From the NCBI GenBank assembly GCA_050633305.1, contig JBOEGF010000011.1, forward strand, positions 127,312 to 191,311: a DNA stretch of 64,000 nucleotides. Reading direction: 5' to 3'. Under the pieces are notes generated by a model. It was not told where the DNA came from. It saw only the letters and a program-made list of their open reading frames with translations, and did not search any database. How positions within the stretch are numbered: the stretch's first letter is position 1; each line of letters starts with the position of its first letter. The stretch is from Nannocystales bacterium. GTDB lineage: Bacteria; Myxococcota_A; Polyangia; Nannocystales; Nannocystaceae. Of the stretch, positions 49,293-59,153 are shown piece by piece. Made by a program: the position numbers and the translations under genes.

Positions 49293-49410
49293 CATCACCA
49301 GCCGGCCGGATGTTTGGGCGGCGGCATTCGACCCCATCATGGTCGTCTTTCTTGCGCCCTTGAGGTGATCATTGTGGCGGCGGCGAACACTACCGCTGCG
49401 CGAGCTCACA

Positions 49411-51897
49411 ATGCAGATCACACTTGCTGGTACATGGCGCCCTGCGGCGGCGGCGGTCCTGATGATGTCGATCGGTTGCGGCGACGACACGGCCTCCGCG
49501 TCCGCGTCCGCATCATCGACCACCACGGAAACAGAGGGAGGCGAGGATGCTTCGTCCTCGTCCGGGTCGAGCACGGACGCGCTGCCACCGGAGACCGCAG
49601 GTCCCAGCCCCGGGTCGGAGTCCGGCGAGGGCACGAGCACTGGAGGAGAGCCGCCGGACCCCGTTCCATTGGAGGGGCCTTCTGCCTCGTTGGGCTACGC
49701 GGCGAGCTGTCAGGTGAACGCCGACGGCGCGCTGTCTTGCTGGGGCGATGGGCGCTGCGGGTTGTTTGGCGACGGCACCCATCACACCCGGGGGCCCGAG
49801 GTCCTCGGCGACTCGACGGGTTGGAACTCGGTGAGCCTGGGCTTGGCGCACGGATGCGGCATCGAGGACGAGGGCTCGCTTTGGTGCTGGGGGGACGGAT
49901 TGTCCGGGCGGGTTGGGGACGGTGGTGCCGACCAGTTCCCGTTCGGGCTGAACTGTCGCCTGCATCGGGTCGAGGTGGAGCCGCTCGGCGGGTGGGCGCA
50001 GGTCTCCAGCGGAGAAGACCACACCTGCGCGGTCCGTCAGGACGGGACGCTGTGGTGTTGGGGAAGCAACGAGGTGGGGCAGATCGGTGACGGCGCGGTG
50101 GGGGGAGCCTACAACCGGCTGCGACCGGTGCAGGTCGGACCGGACGACGATTGGTTGGAAGTCCACGCTGGGTCCGCGCACTCGTGCGGTCGGCGGCGCG
50201 ACGAGACGGTGTGGTGTTGGGGGCGAGGGGTTGCGCTCGGCGACGGCGGAGGGCCGAGTTTCTCGAGTCTGCCCGTGATGGTCGCGGGGCCGACAGCGTG
50301 GCAAGCGCTGCCGCGCGGGCTCTCAGAGCACACGTGTGCCATCGACACCGAGGGAGGCGTCTGGTGCTGGGGTGAAGGGGGGTCGGGTTCGCTGGGTCCC
50401 GGTGCGGAGTTCGACAGTCGCGAACCGGTCGCGGTCGAGCTTCCCGAGCCTGCCATGGAAGTCGCGGTTGGGTTCCGCCTCTCGTGTGCGGTCCTCGACA
50501 GCGGCGCGGTGTGGTGTTGGGGCGACAATGGCCATGGGGAGCTGGGCCTTCCTCTCGATGTCGAGAACTCGAGCATTCCCGTTGAGCCACATCCAGGGAT
50601 CATCGCCCAAGATGTCCGCATCGGTGTCGGGACGGTCTGCATCACCGACGAGGAACTCCAAGCGATGTGCTGGGGCCAGAATCGCTACGGAGAGGTCGGT
50701 GACCACACTTCGGGAGCCGACAACGCGCTACGCATCGAGCCGGCGGTTGTTGGTGAGTCCGCGGTGGAAGACTCGGTCGATGATTGGCGTCTGCTCGACG
50801 TCGGGACGGCCCACGGGTGCGGCATTCGGCAGGACGAGTCCCTGTGGTGTTGGGGGTCCCGCCGTTTCGGCCGACTGGGCAACGCCGATGAGACTCAGGA
50901 CTGTTCGGCCGTGAATCCCTCGGACTGCCACGTGACCACGCCGGTCGCCGTGTCGGGCGGGCACCAGTGGTCGTCGGTGGCCGTGGGGGGGTCCCACACG
51001 TGCGGGCTGGATGATGCGGCGGCACTGTGGTGTTGGGGGCGCGCGAGCTCGGGCGGTGTCGCGGACAGCGACGCCACGCAGCCCACTGCGGTGCTCGCGG
51101 GCGCGACGTGGGTGTCGGTCGCGGCGGGCGACTCGTACTCGTGTGGTGTGCAGGCTGAGGGCTCGTTGTGGTGCTGGGGCAACTCCAGCTTTGGTGAACT
51201 CGGACAGGGCGCACAGGGGGTGGACGGGTTTCAGAGTGTTCCGACACAGGTCGGCACACAGACCGACTGGTTGCAGGTCGTCGCCGGGTCGAACCACGCA
51301 TGTGGCCTTCGGGCTGAGGGCTCGTTGTGGTGCTGGGGCTTGAACAACGCGGGGCAGATCGGTAACGGTGAGCAGACCGCTGGACTCCCCAGTGGAGAGC
51401 AGGGGGTGGTGGATCCGTACGAGGTCGCGGGGTCGTGGACGGCCGTGGACGCGGGATCGAGCCACACCTGTGCCGTCGACGACGCCGGTGCGCTGTGGTG
51501 TTGGGGTGGCAACAGCTCCGGAGCGTCGGGTCAGGATCCAGAAGGAGCCACTGCGATCTTGACTCCGACGCAGCTCGGGGCTGAGACCGACTGGCTGTCG
51601 GTTGGACTCGGCCGAGAAGGGTCCTGTGGGCTCAAGACGGACGGGCGGTTGTTCTGTTGGGGCTCGCGCGAGAACGGAGTCGTTGGGGACGGAGTCATCG
51701 CTCCAGATGCCGCGAGCGCGACCCCGGTCCTGGTCGGGGCGGACGACGACTCATGGATCTCGATCGAGTCCAGTGGCTTCACGGTTTGCGGGACTCGCAG
51801 TGACGGAAGTGGATGGTGTTGGGGCGAGAACTTCTACGGTCAGCAAGGCAACGACACGGTGTTCGACTCCGGGCTGCCTCGGAGGGTTGTGCAATGA
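49411..51897 (+). CDS. RCC1-repeat lipoprotein (approximately two beta-propellers)
   Basis: Lipobox SIGC, Ser/Thr linker, about 14 repeats of GxxHxCx...LWCWGxNxxGQLG. Confidence 0.9.
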   Translation: MQITLAGTWRPAAAAVLMMSIGCGDDTASASASASSTTTETEGGEDASSSSGSSTDALPPETAGPSPGSESGEGTSTGGEPPDPVPLEGPSASLGYAASCQVNADGALSCWGDGRCGLFGDGTHHTRGPEVLGDSTGWNSVSLGLAHGCGIEDEGSLWCWGDGLSGRVGDGGADQFPFGLNCRLHRVEVEPLGGWAQVSSGEDHTCAVRQDGTLWCWGSNEVGQIGDGAVGGAYNRLRPVQVGPDDDWLEVHAGSAHSCGRRRDETVWCWGRGVALGDGGGPSFSSLPVMVAGPTAWQALPRGLSEHTCAIDTEGGVWCWGEGGSGSLGPGAEFDSREPVAVELPEPAMEVAVGFRLSCAVLDSGAVWCWGDNGHGELGLPLDVENSSIPVEPHPGIIAQDVRIGVGTVCITDEELQAMCWGQNRYGEVGDHTSGADNALRIEPAVVGESAVEDSVDDWRLLDVGTAHGCGIRQDESLWCWGSRRFGRLGNADETQDCSAVNPSDCHVTTPVAVSGGHQWSSVAVGGSHTCGLDDAAALWCWGRASSGGVADSDATQPTAVLAGATWVSVAAGDSYSCGVQAEGSLWCWGNSSFGELGQGAQGVDGFQSVPTQVGTQTDWLQVVAGSNHACGLRAEGSLWCWGLNNAGQIGNGEQTAGLPSGEQGVVDPYEVAGSWTAVDAGSSHTCAVDDAGALWCWGGNSSGASGQDPEGATAILTPTQLGAETDWLSVGLGREGSCGLKTDGRLFCWGSRENGVVGDGVIAPDAASATPVLVGADDDSWISIESSGFTVCGTRSDGSGWCWGENFYGQQGNDTVFDSGLPRRVVQ
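51153..51339 (+). repeat. 28-bp exact direct repeat within the RCC1 gene
   Basis: GGCTGAGGGCTCGTTGTGGTGCTGGGGC at 51153-51180 and 51312-51339 (159-bp period). Confidence 0.85.
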
Positions 51898-53258
51898 AAA
51901 CGAAACTGATTCTGGGAGCAGTGCTGTTGGTTGTCGGCTGTCCGAGCGACGGCGGGGGCGGTGTGGCCGACACCGATTCGAGCACCGGGCCTGGCGCCAC
52001 GGACACCAACGCTTCGTCGGGGAAGGGGCCGACGTCGGGTCAGGAACCCACCACGACGGGGACGTCCGGGGGCCCGGACGGGAGCACCACAGCGCAAGAG
52101 ACTGGGGAGGACGGCTGGCCAGAGCCCCAGCCGCCGCTCCCGTGTCCGGAGGAGTACCGATGCCGGGAGGACCAGGACCTCGACGCTGCACCGCTGGAGT
52201 GTGACAACGCGCCCGACCACACGAACCCGGACCAAGGGGACATGGACTTCGACAGCATCGGGGATGTCGCCGACCTCTGTCCGACGGTGCAGGGGATCAA
52301 CAACACCGCGGACAGCGACCGTGACGGGGTGGGGAACGCGTGCGACCGCTGTCCGTTGAGCGCAGGGAGCTATCTTGCGACCGGGCTTGGTGGGCTGAGT
52401 GATGCGTTCGCGTTTCGCTCGATGCCCGACCAAGGCGACGCGGACGGCGATGGCATCGGGGACGCGTGTGACAACTGCGTGCAAACGCCCAATTGCCTAG
52501 GCTACGGAGAGGGGCTCGAGCACGAACTCGGAGTGCAACTCGACATCGAGGACCCTCAGTGTCAGGCAGATGCGGACGGGGACTTCATTGGCGATGCGTG
52601 TGAAGGTCTGACGTTGCCGGGTGCTGCGGGGCCTGTGGGCATGGGGCCGGGCGACGACTTCGATCAAGATGGCATCGCCAACGCGCAGGACGCATGCGTG
52701 CGCTTGCCCGTGGCGCAGCCGGGCGGCCGCCACGTGGATTCGGACTCCGACGGGGTGGGGGACCGATGTGACAACTGCCCGTTCACGAGCAACTCCGGCC
52801 AGGCCGACACCGACGGCGACGCGGTTGGAGATGCATGTGAAGCGGGCGCCTGCGCCGAACGGGCCAACCCGCGGCCTTTCGGATTCTTCGACGCGTCGGT
52901 CGGCGGGTGGTGTTGCACGTCGTCCTACGAGGGGCAGGAGCTGCTCGACCCCGACGGCAATCCTCTGCAACCCGGAGACTTGCCACCGCTGGGCGCAGGC
53001 GTGCTCGAACTCCCTGCGGGGTGCGACGGTGAAGCGCAGCGGGTCACGTTGGACGACGTGGGCTCCGACGAGGCGTTGTGGGACTACCTGTGCCGCTTGC
53101 CGCAGTGGGACCAGGACTTCGACGGGGTGCCCGACGCGTGCGACATGTGCCGTTGGGCGTTTGACCCCACCAACGCTCCCTATGTCGATGCAAACGGCAT
53201 GACCTGGCCGACCGACGGCGCCTTTTGCAACGGCGAGTACCGCTGCGAGGACGAGTGA
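51894..53258 (+). CDS. Thrombospondin type-3 repeat lipoprotein
   Basis: ATGA overlap with the RCC1 gene; lipobox VVGC; many DxDxDGxGDxCDxC Ca-binding repeats. Confidence 0.9.
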   Translation: MKTKLILGAVLLVVGCPSDGGGGVADTDSSTGPGATDTNASSGKGPTSGQEPTTTGTSGGPDGSTTAQETGEDGWPEPQPPLPCPEEYRCREDQDLDAAPLECDNAPDHTNPDQGDMDFDSIGDVADLCPTVQGINNTADSDRDGVGNACDRCPLSAGSYLATGLGGLSDAFAFRSMPDQGDADGDGIGDACDNCVQTPNCLGYGEGLEHELGVQLDIEDPQCQADADGDFIGDACEGLTLPGAAGPVGMGPGDDFDQDGIANAQDACVRLPVAQPGGRHVDSDSDGVGDRCDNCPFTSNSGQADTDGDAVGDACEAGACAERANPRPFGFFDASVGGWCCTSSYEGQELLDPDGNPLQPGDLPPLGAGVLELPAGCDGEAQRVTLDDVGSDEALWDYLCRLPQWDQDFDGVPDACDMCRWAFDPTNAPYVDANGMTWPTDGAFCNGEYRCEDE

Positions 53259-53271
53259 GCGAGCACGAATG

Positions 53272-53309
53272 AACAAAGGCGGCGAGTCCGAGGACGCGCC
53301 GCCTTTGTT
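53272..53309. terminator. Bidirectional intrinsic terminator
   Basis: AACAAAGGCGGCG...CGCCGCCTTTGTT, 13-bp perfect arms between convergent genes. Confidence 0.8.
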
Positions 53310-53329
53310 GTGTCGCCGAAACGCTGAAC

Positions 53330-55327
53330 TCAGCTAGGCTCTTTGGGCTCGGGCAGCCCCGCCATGATCGCGGTGAACTCGGGATGGTTCGGTGCGGCCT
53401 GCAGTGCCGCCTGACAGACCTGACGCGCCTCGTCGAACATGTTGGCGTCGCGCATGGTCGAGGCGAGCGAGATGACGGGCTCGATGTCGCGGGGGTTGAT
53501 TGCGACGACCGCTCGCAGGTGCTCGACGGCCTCTTTGGGCCGACCTTGCTTGCGCAGGATGGCAGCGATGAGGTTGCGAATCTCGCCGTCGTTGGGACGC
53601 AGCTTGACCGCGTTCATGAGGTGACCCAGCGCTGCGGTGTCGCCTTCGGCTTCCCGGACCGCCAGAGCGAGCATCAGGTGGGGCTGCCAGAACTTCTCGT
53701 CGGCCGCGATGACCTCCCGAAGGAACTTGGCGGCCTCGGAGGACTGCCCTGCGTCGCCGGAGCGGACCTGCTCCATGGCCGTGTCGTAGCGGTCCTCGAA
53801 GTCGTCCATCGTGGTCTGCAGCAGACCACGACGAGCGAACGCGTCGTCGTCGAGCGAGCGGCGAGGCAGCTCGAGGATCTTCTGGAGGTACTCTTTTGCC
53901 TTTTCGGGGGCGTCGTCGTTGTCCTCGTCGTCGAGGTGCATCGAAGCGACGTAGCGCAGCACCGTCGCGCTTCCCGAGAACTTCTCGGCGGCTTCTTGGA
54001 GCAGTTTGGTGGCGTCCTCGAGACCTTCGTCCTCGTGTAGGTCGAGCAGCATGTCGAGCGTGCTCTTGCCGATGCCGTCGAGGGTCACGGCGGTGCGGAG
54101 CAGCTGCATCGCCTCGTCGCGATCCTCGGAGGATTGGTCGTCTGCGCCGCTGCTGCGGTCCCACAGCACGTTGGCGAGGTCGCCGTATGCGGTGGGGACC
54201 TTGCCTTCTTCGATCGAACGTCGGAGGAAGGGCTCAGCCTCGTCGAACTTGTCGTTCTCGATCAGCAGCGAGCCGATGCGCGCCATGACCAGCGGGCTTT
54301 CGTTGCCCTTCTCTGCGGCAAACTCAGCGACCTTGAGCGCGTTGTCGTTGTCACCTGCGGCACGCAGGGTGTCGATGAACTGCGTGGTGATCTGCTCGTC
54401 GGTGGGATCGAGGTTGAACGCCTGGTTGAAGTGCTGGACCGACGATGCCGCGTCGCCGAGGCGTCGGAACAGGGTCGCGAGGTGGTGCCACGCTTGCTTG
54501 TCTTCCTTGCGCTTCTGCGCGGCGACCGAGAGCGCCTGCAGCGACAAAGGAATCGCGCTCTTGTCGATGGGGTTGTTGACCAGGATGTCGGTCATCATGT
54601 GCAGCCCTTGCATGGCGTTGTCCATGCCGGGGTCGCGGTTGATGGCGTCGACGAACGGCGTGAGCAGCTGGTCGGGCGTCGTCGGAATGCAGCGGCCTTG
54701 AAGGGCGCTGAGGTTGCCCAAGCCGACCAGGAACGACATCAGGGCGGCCTGATTGTCGGTGCCGAACGCAGACTTGGTGTCGGTCTCTTCGACCTCGGTG
54801 TCGAAGTGCCCGCCCAGCTCCTTGAGGACGCCGAGCATGCGCTCGGGGAGCTGCTCGGCTTCGGAGCCCCAGCTCCACTTGCCCAGCTCCTTGAAGCCGG
54901 ACTCGCCCTCGCGCTCGACCAAGCGGGAGGTCAGGGCGATGTTCTGCTCGTCGACCCGGATGTCGGTGACGAGGCCGAACTTCGCGTTGGGAAAGCGGTT
55001 GATGCCTTCGAGCGCGCGCTCGTCGGTCCACGGCTCCCGGAACACCATGAGCGCGGGGACTTCTCGGCCGCCTTGGTCGGCCATCGCAGTGAACACGGGA
55101 GCGGCCGCTTGCACACCACGGGTGGCGAGCTCTTGGGCCCACCAACGCTGCACGCCCATGGCGAGCGGAGCACCCTTGCCCTCGTTCGTGCAAGCGAACG
55201 GGAGGATCACGAGCTTGATGTCGGCGGCAGCTTCCGCGACCGCTTCCGGATCGTCTTCGCCCTCGTTGAACATCACGTCGTCCGGACCCTCTTGCTCGGT
55301 GCCCTGCGTGTCGTCTTCGCTTGCCAT
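53330..55327 (-). CDS. Acidic TPR-repeat protein with N-terminal alpha/beta domain
   Basis: ATG 55327; multiple TPRs (AWHHLATLFRRLGD...AFNLDP; RNLIAAILRKQGRPKEA...NPRD); strongly biased codon usage. Confidence 0.85.
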   Translation of the reverse strand: MASEDDTQGTEQEGPDDVMFNEGEDDPEAVAEAAADIKLVILPFACTNEGKGAPLAMGVQRWWAQELATRGVQAAAPVFTAMADQGGREVPALMVFREPWTDERALEGINRFPNAKFGLVTDIRVDEQNIALTSRLVEREGESGFKELGKWSWGSEAEQLPERMLGVLKELGGHFDTEVEETDTKSAFGTDNQAALMSFLVGLGNLSALQGRCIPTTPDQLLTPFVDAINRDPGMDNAMQGLHMMTDILVNNPIDKSAIPLSLQALSVAAQKRKEDKQAWHHLATLFRRLGDAASSVQHFNQAFNLDPTDEQITTQFIDTLRAAGDNDNALKVAEFAAEKGNESPLVMARIGSLLIENDKFDEAEPFLRRSIEEGKVPTAYGDLANVLWDRSSGADDQSSEDRDEAMQLLRTAVTLDGIGKSTLDMLLDLHEDEGLEDATKLLQEAAEKFSGSATVLRYVASMHLDDEDNDDAPEKAKEYLQKILELPRRSLDDDAFARRGLLQTTMDDFEDRYDTAMEQVRSGDAGQSSEAAKFLREVIAADEKFWQPHLMLALAVREAEGDTAALGHLMNAVKLRPNDGEIRNLIAAILRKQGRPKEAVEHLRAVVAINPRDIEPVISLASTMRDANMFDEARQVCQAALQAAPNHPEFTAIMAGLPEPKEPS

Positions 55328-55401
55328 AAGGCGGGAACCTAACAGCCTGCCGGAGCGCCCGCCAAGCACTGTGGCCCCGGCCCTGGTACGGTCTTTGTGC
55401 C

Positions 55402-56859
55402 ATGTCCCACGTGCCTGTGGCAGCGATCAGCGCTGCGTCCGCAATCGCCGCGATCCTGGGCGGCTGCGTCGAGCCCAGCGTCGACGTGGTGGCGGCCTGG
55501 GTCGAGTCCGTCGATGACGGTTCCGGCCGGGATATCCAGATCTACGACCGGGGCCGGCGCTACGCGATCCGGTTGGAGCCGGAGGTCAGCGGCTCAGAAC
55601 TGGAGCACTTCGGCATGGCGGTCGATGCCCGGGGCCGAGGGGTCGCGCTGGCGGGCAAGCGCCAGACCGCATTTGTGGGCCTGGTCGACACGCGGCAACC
55701 GGTGCTGTCGAACCAGGTTCTCGGCGGCGCGCCGCTGAGTCCGCTGTTCGGCTTCACGCGGAGCGGGGACGCGTTGCTCCGGGCGCCCGACGGCACGACG
55801 GCCTCGCGCTACTCCTTCATGCCAACCTCATCCCCGGGGGCGGGGGTGCAAACGCTGCTCGAGCCCCCGGATGCGTTGGTGACCGGCGCCTTCGAGCTGA
55901 TCTCCGCATCCGATGCGCCCGTCCTGTATTGGATCGAACACCAAGGCGTGCCGTCTCGGGCCTCGGGGCGGGTCACGGCGTTCGGATACCCCAGCGACGT
56001 GGAGCCGGGCGGGTTGGAGCTCTCGGAGATCACCGAACTGGGGTCGGGGCAGATCTACGCCGGCCCTCCCGATCTGGTGTCCGACCTGCAAGCCCCGGAC
56101 ACGTGGTGTCCCCACCGGACTTGTGTCTCGCCCGACGGACGAGGGATCATCGCGCCGGCGCCGGGCCGCTGCAGGTTCTGGACATGGGCTTGGGCGGACG
56201 AGCCCGGTCCCAGCGGGGAAATCGCGCCGCGGGAGGTGGTGATTCAAGAAGGGTGTCCTGAAGACCCCCGGACGCTTCCCTCGCTGTTCGCGGCGCTCGA
56301 CGTGGATCTGGCGGTGCTCGACGATGGCGACCGGGTCTACCTGGCGGACCTGTCCGCCAAGACCATGCGCTCGGCACCGAAGCTTTGGGACAACCCTGGC
56401 TCGATCCGGCTGACGGCAGGGGGGCGGTCCATCGTCTTGGTCTCGGACGACTCCCGTGTTGTTCGGGTCGGTGCCGACGGCCCGCGGATTATCTCGGGGG
56501 ACGCGCTCCCCTGCGCCGGACCGCCGTCCAATGCTCGGATCAGCCCCAATGGCCTGTGGGTCGCCCGGGTCTGCTTGGGCGATGGGACGTTCGCCTCGAG
56601 CTCGGAAGCGTTGATCATGCGGATCTCGCCGCTGGGCGTCGAGACGTTCGTGTCGGTGCCGATGGACGTCATCGGGATCGATGACGGTGGCAACATCTTG
56701 ATGTACAGCCGCTCCGACAACGGCGAGCCGCGGGGGCTGTTCGTTCTCGAAGACGACGGCGGGGTCACCCGGATCGATGCGCTCGAACCCGAGCCCGACC
56801 TCGTGTCGGGCGTGGACGGCAATGAGATCTACTTCAGCGCCGCGGTCGTGCGGCCCTGA
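55402..56859 (+). CDS. Hypothetical lipoprotein, beta-propeller-like
   Basis: Lipobox LGGC; repeated SPDG/SPNG-type blade motifs. Confidence 0.65.
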   Translation: MSHVPVAAISAASAIAAILGGCVEPSVDVVAAWVESVDDGSGRDIQIYDRGRRYAIRLEPEVSGSELEHFGMAVDARGRGVALAGKRQTAFVGLVDTRQPVLSNQVLGGAPLSPLFGFTRSGDALLRAPDGTTASRYSFMPTSSPGAGVQTLLEPPDALVTGAFELISASDAPVLYWIEHQGVPSRASGRVTAFGYPSDVEPGGLELSEITELGSGQIYAGPPDLVSDLQAPDTWCPHRTCVSPDGRGIIAPAPGRCRFWTWAWADEPGPSGEIAPREVVIQEGCPEDPRTLPSLFAALDVDLAVLDDGDRVYLADLSAKTMRSAPKLWDNPGSIRLTAGGRSIVLVSDDSRVVRVGADGPRIISGDALPCAGPPSNARISPNGLWVARVCLGDGTFASSSEALIMRISPLGVETFVSVPMDVIGIDDGGNILMYSRSDNGEPRGLFVLEDDGGVTRIDALEPEPDLVSGVDGNEIYFSAAVVRP

Positions 56860-56862
56860 GCG

Positions 56863-57921
56863 TCAGATGTCGGCGTTGAGCATCAGCGTGAGCGTCCCTG
56901 TGCCCTCGTTGGGGACGTCGGTCGGAGCGTCGAGGGGGAGCGACACCGCGTCCCCCGCGTCGGGCAGCAGCACCCCTGCGCTGAGGTTGCGGTTGCGGTC
57001 GAGCACCGCGTTGGCGCTGTATTGGCCAGCGTGAATCTGCTCGACGACCAGGGTGACCTCCGTCGACCCGGCGGGCGCTTCGGCGAGCATGGTGCGGCTG
57101 GGCACGCAGTTGGCGATCGGGTTGAGTCCGCAGGCGGTGTCGCTGAGGACGAGCCAGACATCGGCCGGCTCTTCGAGCGGCACGCTCCACTGGGCCTCAA
57201 CCTCGAGTTGAGGCATCGGGGGGAAGGGGGCGTCGGTGGGTTCGGGGAGGGGCGTGGGAAAGTCTCCGCCGACGGTCCTAGGCTCCAAGCGGTTTGCGAC
57301 CCATTCAATGTGTCGCATACCCATGACGTCGACATCGAGCCGGAGTCGGTCCGCCGTCTCGAATGCGAATCGGGCGTCGATGTAGCCGCAACCCGCTGAG
57401 ATCGAACAAAACCGCCACGTGTCCCCCGTGCGCTCCTCCAGGACCGCTTTCGAGTCCCGGAGAATGCCGAGGAACTCGCCGCCGTTGCGGAAGACGAGCT
57501 CCGATTGACCGTCGTGCTCCTCGAGTTGGAACGCAAACCGCAGCGAGTTGTCCGCATCCAGGTCCACGCGTGAGAACAGCACGCTGTCGCTGGCGGCTCG
57601 CACGTCCATGTTCATCGTGGGAAAGCTCCCCGCCGAGGTCCAGGATGTGACCGGAGCCACCCACAGGCCGACGATCGCCTCGAAGAAGGCGGCCGAATCG
57701 ACGTCGGCGCCACCGCTGCCGTCGCCCGCCGTGGTCTCGTCCGAGCTGCTGCTCGGGACGGTGCTTGCCGTGCTGTCTTCGTCTACGGATTGGGTCTCCG
57801 TGCTGCCGGACCCAGTCGCGCCAGGTCCGGTCGAACCCGCGGCGTCCTCTCCCGAGGTTCCGCAGGCGGTCAACATCAGGAGAACTCCCGCGAGGCTCAG
57901 GGGTGTCTTCAAGCTAAGCAT
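56863..57921 (-). CDS. Hypothetical lipoprotein
   Basis: Lipobox LTAC, Ser/Thr linker, beta-rich domains, EF-hand-like DRNRN...PDAGD near the C-terminus. Confidence 0.75.
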   Translation of the reverse strand: MLSLKTPLSLAGVLLMLTACGTSGEDAAGSTGPGATGSGSTETQSVDEDSTASTVPSSSSDETTAGDGSGGADVDSAAFFEAIVGLWVAPVTSWTSAGSFPTMNMDVRAASDSVLFSRVDLDADNSLRFAFQLEEHDGQSELVFRNGGEFLGILRDSKAVLEERTGDTWRFCSISAGCGYIDARFAFETADRLRLDVDVMGMRHIEWVANRLEPRTVGGDFPTPLPEPTDAPFPPMPQLEVEAQWSVPLEEPADVWLVLSDTACGLNPIANCVPSRTMLAEAPAGSTEVTLVVEQIHAGQYSANAVLDRNRNLSAGVLLPDAGDAVSLPLDAPTDVPNEGTGTLTLMLNADI

Positions 57922-57983
57922 GGTCCGTCAGTCGCTCTAGGATTCGATCCGGATGCACCGCCCACGCGGCCGTGTGATCGTCG

Positions 57984-59153
57984 CTACGGCTTCGCGAGCG
58001 CGGTGATGCGGTCCATCATTCGGTGGACCTCGGCTTCGGTGTTGTAGAAGTGGGGGCCCAGGCGCAGCCCACACCCGGGGCGCCAGTCGTGCTTGTAGCG
58101 CTCCTCGATGAGCTGTTCGGAGACCTGCTCCGAGTTGGAGAACTCGACCGCGACGAATCCGGTCCGCACCCGGCTGTCGGTCGGCGAGTGAATCTGAAGC
58201 CCGGCGCCTTGGGCTCGGTCGATGATGATCTGGCACAACGCCAGGTTGTGGGCGCGAATGTTCTCGACGCCGACCTCCAAGAGGGTTTGGTAGGCGGCGT
58301 GCGCCACGTAGTACGCGGGCATCGATGGGGTGCCGCCCATGAAGTGCCAGGGCCCCTGCGCGTATCGGATCGGCGCTGGCTCGAAGGAGAACGGAGCGGC
58401 GTGACCCATCCAGCCCGTGAGGCGGGGCTGAAGTTGTTCCGCGAGGCCAGGGCGCGTCCATAGAAACGCGGTTCCGGGACCGCCGCAGAGCCACTTGTGA
58501 CTCCCACCCACGACCAGGTCTACGCCCAGCTCGACCACATCGAACGGCAGGACACCGGCGGTCTGGTAGACGTCGAGCATCACGAGCGCGCCGACCTCGT
58601 GGGCCCTGGCGCAGATCGCCTTGACGTCCTGCAGAGCTCCCGAGACGTACACCGCGTGGCTGATCGAGACGACAGCCGTCGTCTCGTCGATCGCCTCGAG
58701 CATGCGCTCGGTGCTGATCGTCATCCCGTCGTCGCTGGGAACCAGGTCGAGCTGGGCTCCGAGGTCGCGGTAACGGTCCCAGACGTAGATCACGTTGGGG
58801 AACATCAACGACTCGATCACCACCTTATTGCGAGGCCCGGACCAGTCGAAACAGCTCGCGATTGCGGCCTGAAAGAAGGCGACGTTTTGGTTGAGTGTGG
58901 TGTGGCCGGGCGTCCCGCCGAAGAACTTGGCGACGGTGTCGCCGACCTCGGTCACCAGGTCGGTCCAGCCGTGCCACGCCTCGACGCCTTGCTCCTCCCA
59001 GGTGTCGGCATATCGGGTCAGCGCTCCGCGGGCCGCCGTTGGCATGGCGCCCATCGAGTTGCTGTTCATGTACGTGCTGGTCGCGAGGATCGGGTAGTCG
59101 TCGCGGAAGCGGGCCAGCGCGGGATCAATCTTCGGGGGAGGGTTCGAGTTCAC
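57984..59153 (-). CDS. Class V PLP-dependent enzyme, kynureninase-like
   Basis: YMNSNSMGAMP, LDVYQTAG, GGSHKWLCGGPG (PLP Lys), LTGWMGH, GGTP, LRLGPHFYN; GTG 59153. Confidence 0.8.
   Translation of the reverse strand: MNSNPPPKIDPALARFRDDYPILATSTYMNSNSMGAMPTAARGALTRYADTWEEQGVEAWHGWTDLVTEVGDTVAKFFGGTPGHTTLNQNVAFFQAAIASCFDWSGPRNKVVIESLMFPNVIYVWDRYRDLGAQLDLVPSDDGMTISTERMLEAIDETTAVVSISHAVYVSGALQDVKAICARAHEVGALVMLDVYQTAGVLPFDVVELGVDLVVGGSHKWLCGGPGTAFLWTRPGLAEQLQPRLTGWMGHAAPFSFEPAPIRYAQGPWHFMGGTPSMPAYYVAHAAYQTLLEVGVENIRAHNLALCQIIIDRAQGAGLQIHSPTDSRVRTGFVAVEFSNSEQVSEQLIEERYKHDWRPGCGLRLGPHFYNTEAEVHRMMDRITALAKP

Noticed and set aside
49700..53200. Periodic TGGTG(C/T)TGGGG and GACxxxGACGG repeats suggesting a CRISPR-like array
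   Set aside because: In-frame protein repeats (RCC1 WCWG, TSP3 DxDG) with synonymous variation; no cas genes.
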